64,000 nt of DNA from Prochlorococcus sp. AG-363-J23 (lineage in GTDB: Bacteria; Cyanobacteriota; Cyanobacteriia; PCC-6307; Cyanobiaceae): positions 24,300-88,299 of the forward strand of contig QCFN01000001.1 of the NCBI GenBank assembly GCA_003280245.1, read 5' to 3'. This document shows, one piece after another, positions 18,001 to 28,772 of the stretch. Every line of letters begins with the position of its first letter. Within the stretch, counting starts at the first letter, position 1. Made by a program: the position numbers and the translations under genes. A model generated the notes under the pieces. That model was not told the DNA's origin, ran no database searches, and was given only the letters and a program-made list of their open reading frames with translations.

Positions 18001-18612
18001 TTAATGCTTGCTTCCGCCTCAAAGGCACGCAGTCGACTTTTGAGCCAGGCTTGCATTCCCCATTTGAATATGGCTAGTGGTGTTGATGAAGACAATTTTA
18101 ATCAATCTGATCCTCTGCAGCTGGTCAAATCTCTTTCCAAGGCTAAAACAAGAGAAGTAGTAAGGAAAATTTGGATAGAAGAACCTAGTGGGATTGGTGA
18201 GCAAGTTTCTGAAGTTCTTGGATGCGATTCTGTTTTTGAATTCGGGGGCAATATTTTTGGAAAGCCACGAGACAAAAAAGAAGCTATTGATCGATGGGTC
18301 TTGATGGAGGGTAAAACAGGATATTTGCATACTGGACATACATTGCATAAGAGAAGTAAATTTATTCAGCGAGGAGGAATAGAATCTTTTGACGAAAATA
18401 TTAATTGCAGTGTCGTTACAACTAAAGTTTATTTTGTTGAAATGAGAGTTAAAGAAATAAATGATTATGTTGCTACAGGTGAGCCATTGCAATGCTCTGG
18501 TGGATTTGCCTTGGAAGGTATTGGAGCCCAGTATATAAAACGAATTGAGGGTTGTTATAGTAATGTTATTGGCCTAAGTTTGCCTTGGCTAAGATATGCA
18601 ATGACTTTATAG
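18001..18612 (+). CDS. maf: Maf-like nucleoside-triphosphate pyrophosphatase / septum formation protein
   Basis: Contains LASASKARSRLL ... VLGCDSVFEFGGNIFGKP ... ATGEPLQCSGGFALEG ... YSNVIGLSLP. The start is trimmed to Met8 of the track ORF. Confidence 0.8.
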   Translation, partial: LMLASASKARSRLLSQACIPHLNMASGVDEDNFNQSDPLQLVKSLSKAKTREVVRKIWIEEPSGIGEQVSEVLGCDSVFEFGGNIFGKPRDKKEAIDRWVLMEGKTGYLHTGHTLHKRSKFIQRGGIESFDENINCSVVTTKVYFVEMRVKEINDYVATGEPLQCSGGFALEGIGAQYIKRIEGCYSNVIGLSLPWLRYAMTL

Positions 18613-18670
18613 ATAACTCTTGGTTTCTGCTTGTTAATAACATAACGCATAACTAAAATTTGCAAAAAAA

Positions 18671-18693
18671 AACCCTCGCCTTTGGCGAGGGTT
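18671..18693. terminator. Bidirectional rho-independent terminator between maf and psbC
   Basis: The stem is CCCTCGCC-ttt-GGCGAGGG, flanked by an A-run upstream and a short run of Ts then As (TTTAAAAA) downstream. Confidence 0.7.
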
Positions 18694-18735
18694 TAAAAAC
18701 AAAGTATTTAGAAAAAATATTCTAATTGATTTGAT

Positions 18736-20118
18736 TTAGTCAAGGTCTGGCATCTCGAGAACTGGCTCGGTCTTACGATCGATCCCTTTCTCAAATCCAG
18801 CTGCTGCTGCTCTTGCTCTTCCAGCATGCCATAGGTGACCAATAAAGGTGAACCAGCCAAGGAAGAAGTGTGCAGAAGCCAACCACTGGCGAAGGTTGAC
18901 GAAATTGACCGCATTAGGCTCGGTAATGATTCCACCAACTGAGTTAATGGAGGCGTTAGGAGCATGAGTCATATATTCAGCTGCTCGGCGAACTTGCCAA
19001 GGCTGAATATCATTTTCAAGCTTGTCTAAGCTAAGACCATTAGGTCCTCTTAGAGGCTCAAGCCAAGGTCCTCTGAAGTCCCAGAAACGCATTGTTTCTC
19101 CTCCGAAGATAATTTCTCCAGTTGGAGAGCGCATTAGATACTTACCTAGACCAGTTGGGCCCATGGTTGTACCAATGTTTGCACCTAATCTTTGGTCACG
19201 GACTAGGAAAGTGAAACTTTGTGCTTGAGAAGCTTCTGCGTTGGTTGGACCATAGAACTCGGAGGGGTAAGCAGTGTTGTTGAACCAAACGAAGGTTGAA
19301 GCAACAAAGCTTGCTACGCAAAGACCACCGAGGGCATAACTTAGGTAAGCCTCACCATTCCAGATGAAAGCTCTGCGAGCCCAACCAAATGGTTTGGTTT
19401 GCATGTGCCAGTGCCCACCAAGTAGCTGAGCAATTCCTAAGTAGATGTGGCCACCAACAATAACTTCCATGGAATTAACACCGACTATCCAACCTCCTCC
19501 TCCCCAAGGGGTACTGGCTAGCCAGGAGTGAATAGCTATTGGATTAAGTTCTGGAGTGATAAGGCGAACTTCACCACCGCCAGGTGCCCAGGTGTCGTAT
19601 GCACCACCAAGGAACATCCAATTGACTGCAAATGCAAGGGAACCCAAACCTAGGATGCACAAGTGACGTCCAAGGATTGTGGTCATCTGATCTTTGTCAC
19701 GCCAATCTGTTGAGAAGAAAGGCGATATATCTTCTAGCTTTTCTGGGCCAGCAAGAGAGTGAAAAACACCTCCTAGACCAAGAACAGCAGATGCAACCAG
19801 GTGAACAACACCAGCTTGGAAGAAAGGAGTGATGTCAGTAATTTCACCACCTGTTCCTATCCCATAGCCAAAAGTTGCTACGTGTGGCATGAGAATCAAG
19901 CCTTGCTCCCACATTGGTTTGTCAAATGTGAAATGACTTACCTCATAGAGCAACATTGCACCTGCCCAGAACACCATGATTCCGGCATGAGCTATGTGAG
20001 CTCCTAAAAGGCGGCCTGAAAGATTAATTAGGCGGGCGTTACCTACATACCAGGCGTACCCGGTTTCTTCTAAGCTTTGGCCCTTGCCTGCAAGAAGATT
20101 ATTAAAGGGCGTTTCCAC
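18736..20118 (-). CDS. psbC: Photosystem II CP43 chlorophyll apoprotein
   Basis: Unmistakable CP43 sequence ([29 protein letters not shown]...). The likely GTG start at 20118 ([14 protein letters not shown]) gives 460 aa and the canonical overlap with psbD. The track ORF extends further into psbD. Confidence 0.95.
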   Translation of the reverse strand: METPFNNLLAGKGQSLEETGYAWYVGNARLINLSGRLLGAHIAHAGIMVFWAGAMLLYEVSHFTFDKPMWEQGLILMPHVATFGYGIGTGGEITDITPFFQAGVVHLVASAVLGLGGVFHSLAGPEKLEDISPFFSTDWRDKDQMTTILGRHLCILGLGSLAFAVNWMFLGGAYDTWAPGGGEVRLITPELNPIAIHSWLASTPWGGGGWIVGVNSMEVIVGGHIYLGIAQLLGGHWHMQTKPFGWARRAFIWNGEAYLSYALGGLCVASFVASTFVWFNNTAYPSEFYGPTNAEASQAQSFTFLVRDQRLGANIGTTMGPTGLGKYLMRSPTGEIIFGGETMRFWDFRGPWLEPLRGPNGLSLDKLENDIQPWQVRRAAEYMTHAPNASINSVGGIITEPNAVNFVNLRQWLASAHFFLGWFTFIGHLWHAGRARAAAAGFEKGIDRKTEPVLEMPDLD

Positions 20119-21157
20119 GTGGCAGTACCTCTTCGGGGAATACAAAGTTTTCGTGCGGTTGATCCGCAGCAGCCATCCAGGCGCGCATGCCTTCATTCAA
20201 AAGAACATTCTTTGTATAGAAAGTTTCGAATTCAGGATCTTCAGCGGCACGGATTTCCTGACTGACGAAGTCGTAAGCCCGCAAATTTACTGCTAGGCCG
20301 ACAATGCCAATGGAAGGAGCCCACATGCCCATAACAGGCACGAAAAGCATGAAGAAGTGAAGCCAACGCTTGTTTGAGAAGGCGATCCCGAAGATCTGAC
20401 TCCAGAAACGGTTAGCTGTAACCATTGAGTAGGTTTCTTCTTCTTGAGTTGGATCAAATGCACGGAAAGTGGTGCTTTGATTTCCATCCTCATAAAGGGT
20501 GTTCTGAACAGTTGCACCATGGATTGCACACAAAAGTGCTCCTCCAAGGATTCCAGCAACTCCCATCATGTGGAAGGGGTTAAGAGTCCAGTTATGGAAA
20601 CCCTGAATGAACAGAATGAAACGGAAAATTGCAGCTACTCCAAAGGAGGGTGCAAAAAACCAGCTGTGCTGTCCAAGAGGATATATAAGGAAGCAAGCCA
20701 GGAAAACAGCAATAGGACCTGAGAAGGCCAATGCGTTGTAAGGGCGAATTCCTATCAACCTTGCAATTTCAAATTGACGGAGCATGAAACCAATAAGGCC
20801 AAATACTCCATGTAGGGCAACGAAATTCCAAAGGCCACCGAGCTGACACCAGCGAACAAAATCGCCTTGTGCTTCAGGTCCCCATAGGAGCAAAAGGCTA
20901 TGACCCATTGCATCACCAGGAGTACTAACTGCAGCAGTTAGGAAGTTGCATCCTTCGAGGTAGGAGCTGGCAACACCATGGGTGTACCAAGAAGTAACGA
21001 AAGTGGTTCCGACAAACCATCCACCAAGTGCCAAATAAGCAGTGGGGAATAGGAGTAGGCCGGACCATCCGACAAAAACGAAGCGGTCGCGCCTGAGCCA
21101 GTCATCGAGGAGGTCAAACCATCCCCGTTGAGGTGCGCTTCCTACAGCGATTGTCAT
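20102..21157 (-). CDS. psbD: Photosystem II D2 protein
   Basis: Reads [33 protein letters not shown]... and ends ...[11 protein letters not shown]. Length 351 aa. Confidence 0.97.
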   Translation of the reverse strand: MTIAVGSAPQRGWFDLLDDWLRRDRFVFVGWSGLLLFPTAYLALGGWFVGTTFVTSWYTHGVASSYLEGCNFLTAAVSTPGDAMGHSLLLLWGPEAQGDFVRWCQLGGLWNFVALHGVFGLIGFMLRQFEIARLIGIRPYNALAFSGPIAVFLACFLIYPLGQHSWFFAPSFGVAAIFRFILFIQGFHNWTLNPFHMMGVAGILGGALLCAIHGATVQNTLYEDGNQSTTFRAFDPTQEEETYSMVTANRFWSQIFGIAFSNKRWLHFFMLFVPVMGMWAPSIGIVGLAVNLRAYDFVSQEIRAAEDPEFETFYTKNVLLNEGMRAWMAAADQPHENFVFPEEVLPRGNAL

Positions 21158-21343
21158 GGGAGAAATTTATGCGGTGATTCCGCAAGCTGTGGGATACCGC
21201 ACGACATTAACAATTCTGGATGCTTCTTTGGGGGAAATGATTACTAGCTGAAACCCCTTGTATTGCTTATTGGCATTTTTCTTAGGTGTTTTTGCCAAAA
21301 AAAACCTTTATGGGTAGAGAATAGGGGTCTTGATAATGCTTCT

Positions 21344-21907
21344 ATGCCTGCTGACATTCAGGACAGTCTCCGATCCAAAACCCTTCTAGAACAAACGATT
21401 TTGGGCTCTCGACGTCCATCAAATTACGTCGCAGGAGGAGTGGTTAGTGTTGGGGGGATTGGTTTTTCGCTCGCTTCCTTGTCAAGTTTTTTTGGTAGGG
21501 ATTTTCTGCCTATAGGTCATCCGTCAGAAATGATTTTTGTCCCACAGGGATTGATTTTGGGTATTTATGGTGCGATAGCCGTATTTATTGCTTTATACCT
21601 TTGGTTGATGATTTCCAGAGATTTTGGGTCAGGAGTGAATCGTTTTGATAAGGCGCGAGGTTTGGTTGAGATTTTGCGTGTAGGTCTTTTGAAAGAGATA
21701 AACGTTACTTTTCCAATTAAAGATGTTAAAGCTGTAAAACTTGAAGTTAAAGATGGAATAAATCCTAAAAGTAGAATCCTCCTTAGGGTCCAAGGAAGGT
21801 CTGATTTGCCTTTGACCAGTGTTGGTGCACCATCTCCTCTGGTGGAATTGGAAAAGCAAGGAGCAGAGCTTGCCAGATTCTTGGGGGTAAGCCTTGAAGG
21901 AGTTTGA
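21344..21907 (+). CDS. ycf4: Photosystem I assembly protein Ycf4
   Basis: Contains ILGSRRPSNY...GFSLASLSSF...MIFVPQGL. The start is trimmed to MPADIQ, giving 187 aa. The track start is an upstream alternative codon. Confidence 0.8.
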   Translation: MPADIQDSLRSKTLLEQTILGSRRPSNYVAGGVVSVGGIGFSLASLSSFFGRDFLPIGHPSEMIFVPQGLILGIYGAIAVFIALYLWLMISRDFGSGVNRFDKARGLVEILRVGLLKEINVTFPIKDVKAVKLEVKDGINPKSRILLRVQGRSDLPLTSVGAPSPLVELEKQGAELARFLGVSLEGV

Positions 21908-21910
21908 ACA

Positions 21911-22606
21911 ATGTCAAGGACCTTCAGTGAAAATAGATTTTTGCCTATATTAATAATTTTTTTAATTAATCAGTTGCTATTTGGCTGTAATAATAAAAAG
22001 ATTGAATCTTCTTATAAAGCTTGTCCTGACTTTGGTGTGCCTTGTCTTATAGGTAAGGCAGTTGTAGAGCTAACGACTAATCAAGGGGTAATTAAACTTG
22101 AATTGGATGGCAATCTTGCTCCTGTTACTTCTGGGAATTTTATTGATTTAGTGGAAAAAGGTGTTTTTGATGGGACTATTTTTCATAGGGTTGTAAAACA
22201 ACCTGTACCTTTTGTTGTCCAGGGAGGTGATCCAAAAACCAAAGACCCTAATACTGCTAAGAGTAAGTATGGTATTGGAAATTATATTGATGAATTTTCG
22301 GGTCAACCTCGTTTTATTCCTTTAGAATTAAAATTAGTAAAGGAAGATTTTCCTAGATATGGTCAAATTATAAATGATCCAGGAGAGATATCTAGATTGG
22401 AGTTGACACATCACAAAGGTTCAGTTGCAATGGCACGTTCTGAACCTTTGAATAGTGCTAGTTCACAATTTTATATTTCTCTAAGAAGGTTGCCTGAGTT
22501 GGATGGGAGATATTCAATCTTTGGAAAAGTTATTGATGGAATTGATATTGTTGATAAACTTAATCAAGATGATAAGTTGATTAGTGCGAGAGTAATTAAA
22601 CCATGA
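21911..22606 (+). CDS. Cyclophilin-type peptidyl-prolyl cis-trans isomerase, probable lipoprotein
   Basis: A lipobox LLFGC is followed by LELDGNLAPVTSGNFIDLVEKGVFDGTIFHRV...QGGDP. Confidence 0.85.
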   Translation: MSRTFSENRFLPILIIFLINQLLFGCNNKKIESSYKACPDFGVPCLIGKAVVELTTNQGVIKLELDGNLAPVTSGNFIDLVEKGVFDGTIFHRVVKQPVPFVVQGGDPKTKDPNTAKSKYGIGNYIDEFSGQPRFIPLELKLVKEDFPRYGQIINDPGEISRLELTHHKGSVAMARSEPLNSASSQFYISLRRLPELDGRYSIFGKVIDGIDIVDKLNQDDKLISARVIKP

Positions 22607-22628
22607 TTGAAAAAAAACTTTGTGTTTT

Positions 22629-23159
22629 TTAGGATGGGAAAATACTTTCTATTGGGGATGACTTTAATAACTCAGTGTTTACTCCAGAGGCCCTTTTAAG
22701 GGTGATTTTCCCTGTTCTTGCTATTTCTAATATTCCATAAGGATTAAGTAGTTTTTCTAAAGCTACAAGCTTGCCAGGGTCACCTACGACTTCAAGAGTA
22801 AGAGCTTCATCAGCTACATCTACGATTTTTGCCCTAAAGACGTTAACTAAGTCAAGGATTTCTCTTCTTTGGGGTGCAGGCGCTGAAACCTTTAGGAGCA
22901 TTAGTTCTCTTTCGACTGCGGGTAACGTTGTTAAATCAAGTACTTGCAAAACATTTAGAAGTTTGTCTAGTTGTTTGGTCATTTGTTGTAGCGTCTCATC
23001 GTCTCCTTGGACGACCATAGTTATTCGGGATTGACCTTGTGTTTCAGCTGGTCCAACTGCAAGGCTGTCGATATTGAAGCCTCTTCTTGCAAAGAGTCCT
23101 GAGATCCTGCTTAGTGCGCCGGATTCGTCTTCTACTAAAACAGAAAGAGTGTGCTTCAT
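22629..23159 (-). CDS. ilvH: Acetolactate synthase small (regulatory) subunit
   Basis: Begins [39 protein letters not shown] (ACT domain). Length 176 aa. Confidence 0.9.
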   Translation of the reverse strand: MKHTLSVLVEDESGALSRISGLFARRGFNIDSLAVGPAETQGQSRITMVVQGDDETLQQMTKQLDKLLNVLQVLDLTTLPAVERELMLLKVSAPAPQRREILDLVNVFRAKIVDVADEALTLEVVGDPGKLVALEKLLNPYGILEIARTGKITLKRASGVNTELLKSSPIESIFPS

Positions 23160-24142
23160 GCTTTGGAAGGGGTTCCTAAATTAATTTCAAGCCAGCTAAG
23201 AACATTCTTATTGAATTGTTCAGGACACTCATCATGGGGGCAGTGTCCTGAATTTTCAATAATCGAAAAATCAAGGCTTGGATAATCTTTTATCAGATTA
23301 TGACCCACTATCAATGGAACTAACCTATCGTTTTTACCCCATATCAAAAGTATTGGAGAACGTTTTGACCTGGATATGTATTTTTTTAGTAAAGCATCTG
23401 CAGTTGATGCTGGTGGACGTAGTGACATTCCTTTGCACATTGCTTTAAGGGCTTTAGCTGCATTTGCTTTTCTTGAGGGTTGGATCACTATCCTTTGAAG
23501 TTCATGGTCAGAATAGATTGATTTGCTATAGGCACTTTGTAAGGCGATTTTTATAAGAAATGTTTTTGTAATTAAAGGCATTATTAATTCAAGAGGAAAT
23601 ATGTCCCAAAAGAAATTTATTAGAAATTTTTTGATTTTTCTTAGGAAATTTGGTTCAATCCATTTATTTGATTGCATTAAGGTTGGATCTGGTAATGGTG
23701 CTGCAACAACAGCTCTTATTTGTTCAGGTTTTAATACAAGAGATGTAAGTGCAGTTAGTCCTCCTAATGAGTTCCCAACTAGTACAGCTTTCCCTTGAGA
23801 ATTGGTGTCTACAATTTGTTCCAGAAAAGCAGAAACTTGCTTTGCCCAAAAATTGTTATCAAGTAAGGGATACTTTCTTAATAGTCTTTGATCTGAATTC
23901 CCAAACCCAATTAGATCTAATGCATATACTCTGAAGCCTGCTGAGGCAAATTCGAAAGCATTGTTTCTCCAATGTGAGCTGCTGGCACCAAATCCATGAA
24001 GAAGTAAAAGGGGGTTAGTATTATCTTTACCTAAAATTCTCCAATGGCAGCGAAATCCTTTCCAGTACCAATAATTTGATTCGCCCCAATTAGAACCAAA
24101 TTCACATTCTGAACTATTAGAGAGCGTTGAAGGAATGTCCAT
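23156..24142 (-). CDS. Alpha/beta-fold hydrolase
   Basis: Contains [14 protein letters not shown], the nucleophile elbow GNSLGG and a C-terminal SGHCPHDE. Confidence 0.75.
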   Translation of the reverse strand: MDIPSTLSNSSECEFGSNWGESNYWYWKGFRCHWRILGKDNTNPLLLLHGFGASSSHWRNNAFEFASAGFRVYALDLIGFGNSDQRLLRKYPLLDNNFWAKQVSAFLEQIVDTNSQGKAVLVGNSLGGLTALTSLVLKPEQIRAVVAAPLPDPTLMQSNKWIEPNFLRKIKKFLINFFWDIFPLELIMPLITKTFLIKIALQSAYSKSIYSDHELQRIVIQPSRKANAAKALKAMCKGMSLRPPASTADALLKKYISRSKRSPILLIWGKNDRLVPLIVGHNLIKDYPSLDFSIIENSGHCPHDECPEQFNKNVLSWLEINLGTPSKA

Positions 24143-25355
24143 CCAAAGTCAATTAAAGGATGAGTCTTCCAACTACTTGGAAGGTTTTGCTGAATTAGAT
24201 CTTGGTAGTGGATTTTTTCATAAGGGTGCCCGCACTGCAAGAGATTTTTCGGTTTTGTTAGCGCGTCAGCAATTTGTAGCAAAAAAATATTCGAGAAAAA
24301 CGCTCAGATGGTTGGATCTTATGTCTGGATGTGGCATTAGAGCCTTAAGGTGGGGTCTTGAATCAACAGGGTTAGGGTTAAATGAGAGATTAACTAAAAG
24401 GCATATTGAAATTTGGGTTAATGATGCAGATCCTCAAAGGTCAATTCTTATTGAAAAGAATATGAAGCCTATAACTCTAAAAAGAGATAATATTTCTTTA
24501 AATTTAAATACTGATTGTGCTTTAAGGGTTTTAGGAAAGGCTTTTTTAGATAATCATTTTTTTGATTTCATAGATATTGATTGTTTTGGCTGCCCAAATG
24601 ATTTGCTTTATCTTGCTTTTAAAATTCTTGAGCCAGAAGGGACTCTTCTTTTAACCAGTACTGATGCTCGTTCCCTAACAGGACATGATCGCTTTAGAGC
24701 AATTCGCAGACTTTCTGCTTCGTCAAGAACCAATCCATCGAGTTGGGAAATAGCTTTGCGTTTGCAAATAGGAGCTATGGCACGTCAAGCTTGGCTACTA
24801 GGTAGAGGATTTGAGCCTATAGCTTCATTTTGTAATGGAAAGACTTTTCGCATCGCAGTGAGGCTTAAAAAACGTATTCAAATTTGCGAAGAACTTAACC
24901 TTGGCTTTTGGGCGCGTTGTGAATATTGCGGAAGTCAGGCTTGTCAATCACTTCTTCGCTTAAAGGGATGGGCTGCTTGTGATTGTGAAACATCTAAAGG
25001 TCGCTGGGATACAACAGGTCCTCTTTGGATGGGGGCATTACAGAAGCATTCTGAACTCAAAAACTTGTTGGGATTAACAGATTCTCTTTGTTCATCTATA
25101 GATCCATCGACAAAGAAGTTGCTGCTTAGGCTTTTGGATGATGAAGGAAAACCTTTTTTTTGTTGGTCGACACATGAATTGGCGAGTCGACTTAATTTAA
25201 AAGGACCTCCAAGACTTTCTAAATTGATTGAGAGTCTCCTAGATGCTGGTTTTGAAGCAAAACGTAGTGCTCTTATGGATGGACAGGTAAGGACAGATGC
25301 ACCATTGAAAGATCTTTTGAAAATTTGTGGAGAAATTGGACCAGGAGGGACTTAA
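24135..25355 (+). CDS. TRM1-like tRNA (guanine-N2)-dimethyltransferase homologue
   Basis: Contains RDFSVLLA, LDLMSGCGIRALRWG, VNDADP, IDIDCFGCP and a Cys cluster CEYCGSQAC...CDC. Confidence 0.65.
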   Translation: MSIQSQLKDESSNYLEGFAELDLGSGFFHKGARTARDFSVLLARQQFVAKKYSRKTLRWLDLMSGCGIRALRWGLESTGLGLNERLTKRHIEIWVNDADPQRSILIEKNMKPITLKRDNISLNLNTDCALRVLGKAFLDNHFFDFIDIDCFGCPNDLLYLAFKILEPEGTLLLTSTDARSLTGHDRFRAIRRLSASSRTNPSSWEIALRLQIGAMARQAWLLGRGFEPIASFCNGKTFRIAVRLKKRIQICEELNLGFWARCEYCGSQACQSLLRLKGWAACDCETSKGRWDTTGPLWMGALQKHSELKNLLGLTDSLCSSIDPSTKKLLLRLLDDEGKPFFCWSTHELASRLNLKGPPRLSKLIESLLDAGFEAKRSALMDGQVRTDAPLKDLLKICGEIGPGGT

Positions 25356-25382
25356 ATGGTCTAGTACCTAAAAAAAGAAAAA

Positions 25383-25481
25383 CATGGCATCTGAGATTTT
25401 CGGCATAGCAGCTACTTTCTGGGTATTAATACCTTTAGGTCTTATAGGAGGCGCTCTTTTGTTGAAATTCCAAGGAGATTA
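25383..25481 (+). CDS. petM: Cytochrome b6f complex subunit PetM (32 aa)
   Basis: Own translation: [32 protein letters not shown], a single TM helix ending in (K)(L/F)QG(D/E), as in PetM. It is below the ORF-track size cut-off. Confidence 0.7.
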
Positions 25482-25523
25482 AAGTTCGCATTCTGTCTTT
25501 GGTCCAATTAGGCTCTCATTGAG

Positions 25524-26498
25524 ATGACTTTTCCGATGAACCTACTGGTGGTTGGTGGTACGGGCACCCTTGGCAGGCAGATTGCTAAAAAAGCAATTGA
25601 TGCTGGCCATAAGGTTCGCTGCATGGTCCGTAATCCTCGTAAAGCAGCCTTTCTTCAGGAGTGGGGCTGTGAGATAACTCGTGGTGATTTATTGGATATG
25701 GAAGGAATTGAATATGCTATTGATGGAATAGAAGCAGTTATAGATGCAGCAACCTGTAGGCCAGATGATTCTCACAGTGTTTATGAAATTGATTGGGATG
25801 GGAAGCTCAACTTATTTCGGGCCTGTGATCAATTTGGAGTCAAGAGATTGGTTTTTCTTTCTCTTTTAGAAGCAGCCAGTCATAGGGATGTACCTTTGAT
25901 GGACGTCAAATTTTGTACTGAGCGATTTTTAGAAGAGTCTTCTTTTGACTACACAATTTTGCAGGGAGCAGCCTTTATGCAAGGCCTTATAGGACAGTTT
26001 GCTATTCCAGTACTTGATAGTCAAACTGTTTGGGTTAGTGGAACTCCTACCAAGATTGCTTATATGAATACACAGGATATGGCTCGCTTTGCTGTTGCCT
26101 CTTTAGAACGTCCTGAAACCATAAGGAAAAGTTTCCCTGTAGTTGGACCTAAGGCATTGGATGCAGATGATTTGATCAAGTTGTGCGAAAAATATAGCGG
26201 TAAATCTGCCAAAGTTATTCGAGTATCTCCTTTTCTTATTTCTGTCACTCAGGCTGTGGTTTCTTTCTTTGAGGCGACTTTGAATGTGGCCGATAGGCTA
26301 GCTTTTGCAGAAGTTACAGGACGGGGAATTGCCCTTAATGCTCCTATGGAGGAAACATATTCTTTGTTTGGATTGGATAAATCTGAAACAACGTCTATGG
26401 AAAGCTATATAAGCGAGTATTACCAGATGATCTTAAAGCGATTAAAGGAGATGGAGGCTGACTTGGATAAGGATGCAAAGAAAAAATTACCCTTTTAG
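25524..26498 (+). CDS. ycf39: Ycf39-like NAD(P)-binding (NmrA/SDR) protein
   Basis: Contains LLVVGGTGTLGRQIAKKAIDAGHKVRCMVRNP and a Lys-rich C-terminal tail. Confidence 0.75.
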   Translation: MTFPMNLLVVGGTGTLGRQIAKKAIDAGHKVRCMVRNPRKAAFLQEWGCEITRGDLLDMEGIEYAIDGIEAVIDAATCRPDDSHSVYEIDWDGKLNLFRACDQFGVKRLVFLSLLEAASHRDVPLMDVKFCTERFLEESSFDYTILQGAAFMQGLIGQFAIPVLDSQTVWVSGTPTKIAYMNTQDMARFAVASLERPETIRKSFPVVGPKALDADDLIKLCEKYSGKSAKVIRVSPFLISVTQAVVSFFEATLNVADRLAFAEVTGRGIALNAPMEETYSLFGLDKSETTSMESYISEYYQMILKRLKEMEADLDKDAKKKLPF

Positions 26499-26555
26499 CC
26501 CTCTGGCACTTTCGTAGTTCTTTTGTACTATGAGCAAGTGTTCTTTGCTTTCCTT

Positions 26556-26771
26556 ATGTCTGTTGTTCAGATAAAAAATCTTCAAAGGCGTCTAGGGAAC
26601 TTATCTGATGAAGCTACGAGTGAGTTGGATCGAGTTTGTGGAAATGAGTTATGGCGAAGCCTAGGATTCGATGCCTTTGACAATCTTGAAGATTCTGATC
26701 GAAGAGCAATGGCTAATTACTATTACGGACAGTGGCAGGTAGTTAGAGAGCTTCAAGAAGCCCTTGGTTGA
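26556..26771 (+). CDS. Conserved hypothetical protein
   Basis: The track ORF starts at a TTG. The ATG at 26556 (MSVVQIKNLQRRLG...) is more plausible. A terminator follows. Confidence 0.45.
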   Translation: MSVVQIKNLQRRLGNLSDEATSELDRVCGNELWRSLGFDAFDNLEDSDRRAMANYYYGQWQVVRELQEALG

Positions 26772-26781
26772 TTATTGCTTA

Positions 26782-26825
26782 AAATTTCGCAGTAAAGATT
26801 GCGAGAAATTTATTTTTGTTTTTAG
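26782..26825 (+). terminator. Rho-independent terminator
   Basis: The stem is AATTTCGCA-gtaaagat-TGCGAgAAATT, followed by TATTTTTGTTTTT. Confidence 0.6.
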
Positions 26826-26992
26826 TTTTTAAGAGGATTTTTCTATCGGCAAGATTTGAATCAAAAGCCTTTAAAGAAATTAAATTGCCAATTATTGATC
26901 TTATATTGGCATTCTCAAACTATAAATTGTACTATTTACAAAGTTTTCATTTAAAGTAAACCTATAGGATAGTTTTAAATGGTTTTTTCAAC

Positions 26993-27262
26993 ATGATTGA
27001 AACTTCGGGGGTTATTGAAAAGGAACAAGGCAATGGTTTTTATTTGGTCACTCTGGAGCAGCCAGCCGGACATCAGTGTTTATGTCGAGCAGCAGGAAAA
27101 CTAACAAAGTTTCGAATCAAGCTTCTCGCTGGAGATAAGGTGCTGGTTGAAATAAGCCCATATGATTTGACAAGAGGAAGGATTACTTATAGGGAAAGAA
27201 ATGCTGGAGGATCTTCAGGTAGACCAGGTGGCAATCGCCCAGGAGGACCTAGAAGGCGGTAA
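26993..27262 (+). CDS. IF-1-like S1/OB-fold protein with an Arg/Gly-rich C-terminal tail
   Basis: The core GVIEKEQGNGFYLVTLE...CRAAGKLTKFRIKLLAGDKVLVEISPYDLTRGRITYR resembles InfA. The tail NAGGSSGRPGGNRPGGPRRR is not found in canonical IF-1. Confidence 0.65.
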   Translation: MIETSGVIEKEQGNGFYLVTLEQPAGHQCLCRAAGKLTKFRIKLLAGDKVLVEISPYDLTRGRITYRERNAGGSSGRPGGNRPGGPRRR

Positions 27263-27263
27263 T

Positions 27264-28634
27264 TTATGCAATAAGCTTATTAAGAGCGTTAAGGAAAACA
27301 CTTCTTTGCTTAACACCCATCCACTCTTCTTTTAGAGACTTGTTTAGGAAGAGCTGAACAGTTGGAGTACCTTTTATACCAGCTTGCTTTGCAATCTCGA
27401 AATCTTTTTCTATATCTATTTCTATGCCATGAGCTTTTCCTTCAAGTTCCTCTAGAACTCTTTTAATTTGAGGCTTTAGTACATGACATGGACCACAGGT
27501 TTTGGAGGTGAAAATTACTAATAAAGGACTATTGCTTTCATGGTAAAGCTTTCGTAAGGCATAATTACCCTTTTGCCATATTGCTTTTGGGTTGTAATTC
27601 TCTTTATTGCTAGTTGGTATTTTTTCTTCTGTTTTTGATCTCTTAGGCGTTTCAGAGCTTCTAGTAATCAACCTAGATAGATTGTTCATTGTAAGCCATC
27701 TTTCTGCAGATAGTGCGGCTTTGCATCCACTACCAGCAGCAGTTACACCTTGTCGCCACTCGGAATCGGCAACATCTCCAGCAGCAAATACTCCTTCTAT
27801 TGAAGTAGAAGGTTTTCCAGGATTGGTGATGATATATCCATTGCTATCTAGGTTTAGTTGATTTTTCAAGAGTTCTGTATTTGGAGTGTGACCTATTGCA
27901 TAAAATAATCCTTTTATCTTAAGTTTTTTATGCAATTGCTCGCCTTTTGTTTTAATTAAGATCGAACTTAACCAATCTTTTCCGTCAATTCCGACAACTT
28001 CTGTCTCCCAATGAATTGAAATATTTGTATTTTTATTTAGTCTATCAGCTAGAGCTGCACTTGCTTTTAGCCTGTTTGACCTAACTAGAAGATGAACATG
28101 GCTGCCATATTTAGTAAGGTATATAGCTTCTTCGCAGGCTGAATCTCCGCCGCCTACTACAGCTAATTCTTCTTTAAGAAATTGTGGAGTTGCTCCATCA
28201 CAAATCGCACAGGCACTTATTCCGTTGCTCCAAAATATTTCTTCGTTAGGTAGCTTTAGACGATTGGCTCTAGCACCTGTAGCGATGATCGTTGAGTGAG
28301 AGAATATTTTTTTGCCTTCAACAGTTACTTGAAATGGTCGTTGTGTTATATCAATCTCATCTGCGTCAGCTTCAATTAACTCTGTTCCCCACCTCACTGC
28401 CTGAGCTTTGAGGAGGTCCATAAGTTCTGGTCCCTTAACTCCATTTGGAAATCCTGGGAAATTCTCTACGAAAGTTGTTGTCATAAGTTGTCCTCCAGGT
28501 ATCCCACCTCTTTGAAAACCTGTTATTAGCAGTGGTTTTAGGTTCGCACGAGCAGCGTATATACCAGCGGTATAGCCTGCGGGACCTGATCCGATGATTA
28601 CAAGATTTTCTATTTTTGCTGATAGTGCACTCAT
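27264..28634 (-). CDS. ntrC: NADPH-dependent thioredoxin reductase C (TrxR-Trx fusion)
   Basis: Contains the FAD motif GSGPAGYTA, the redox [16 protein letters not shown], and a C-terminal thioredoxin domain with CGPC. Confidence 0.85.
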   Translation of the reverse strand: MSALSAKIENLVIIGSGPAGYTAGIYAARANLKPLLITGFQRGGIPGGQLMTTTFVENFPGFPNGVKGPELMDLLKAQAVRWGTELIEADADEIDITQRPFQVTVEGKKIFSHSTIIATGARANRLKLPNEEIFWSNGISACAICDGATPQFLKEELAVVGGGDSACEEAIYLTKYGSHVHLLVRSNRLKASAALADRLNKNTNISIHWETEVVGIDGKDWLSSILIKTKGEQLHKKLKIKGLFYAIGHTPNTELLKNQLNLDSNGYIITNPGKPSTSIEGVFAAGDVADSEWRQGVTAAGSGCKAALSAERWLTMNNLSRLITRSSETPKRSKTEEKIPTSNKENYNPKAIWQKGNYALRKLYHESNSPLLVIFTSKTCGPCHVLKPQIKRVLEELEGKAHGIEIDIEKDFEIAKQAGIKGTPTVQLFLNKSLKEEWMGVKQRSVFLNALNKLIA

Positions 28635-28772
28635 CTTTTCACTGAGAATCTGGAAGTTATTTCAAGGAAAAATACGACCTAAAGCGTGAAATCAAAAAAA
28701 AAGTGTTGGTTACCAAAGAAATAGAACCTAAAGAAAATATTTTAATAAATGAATTTTAGCTTAATATTTATT

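Noticed and set aside
19022-20722. Several 60-92-aa ORFs antisense to or out of frame within psbC/psbD (19022, 19632, 19801, 20077, 20084, 20293, 20444)
   Set aside because: They lie entirely inside two of the most conserved genes known. They are shadow ORFs.
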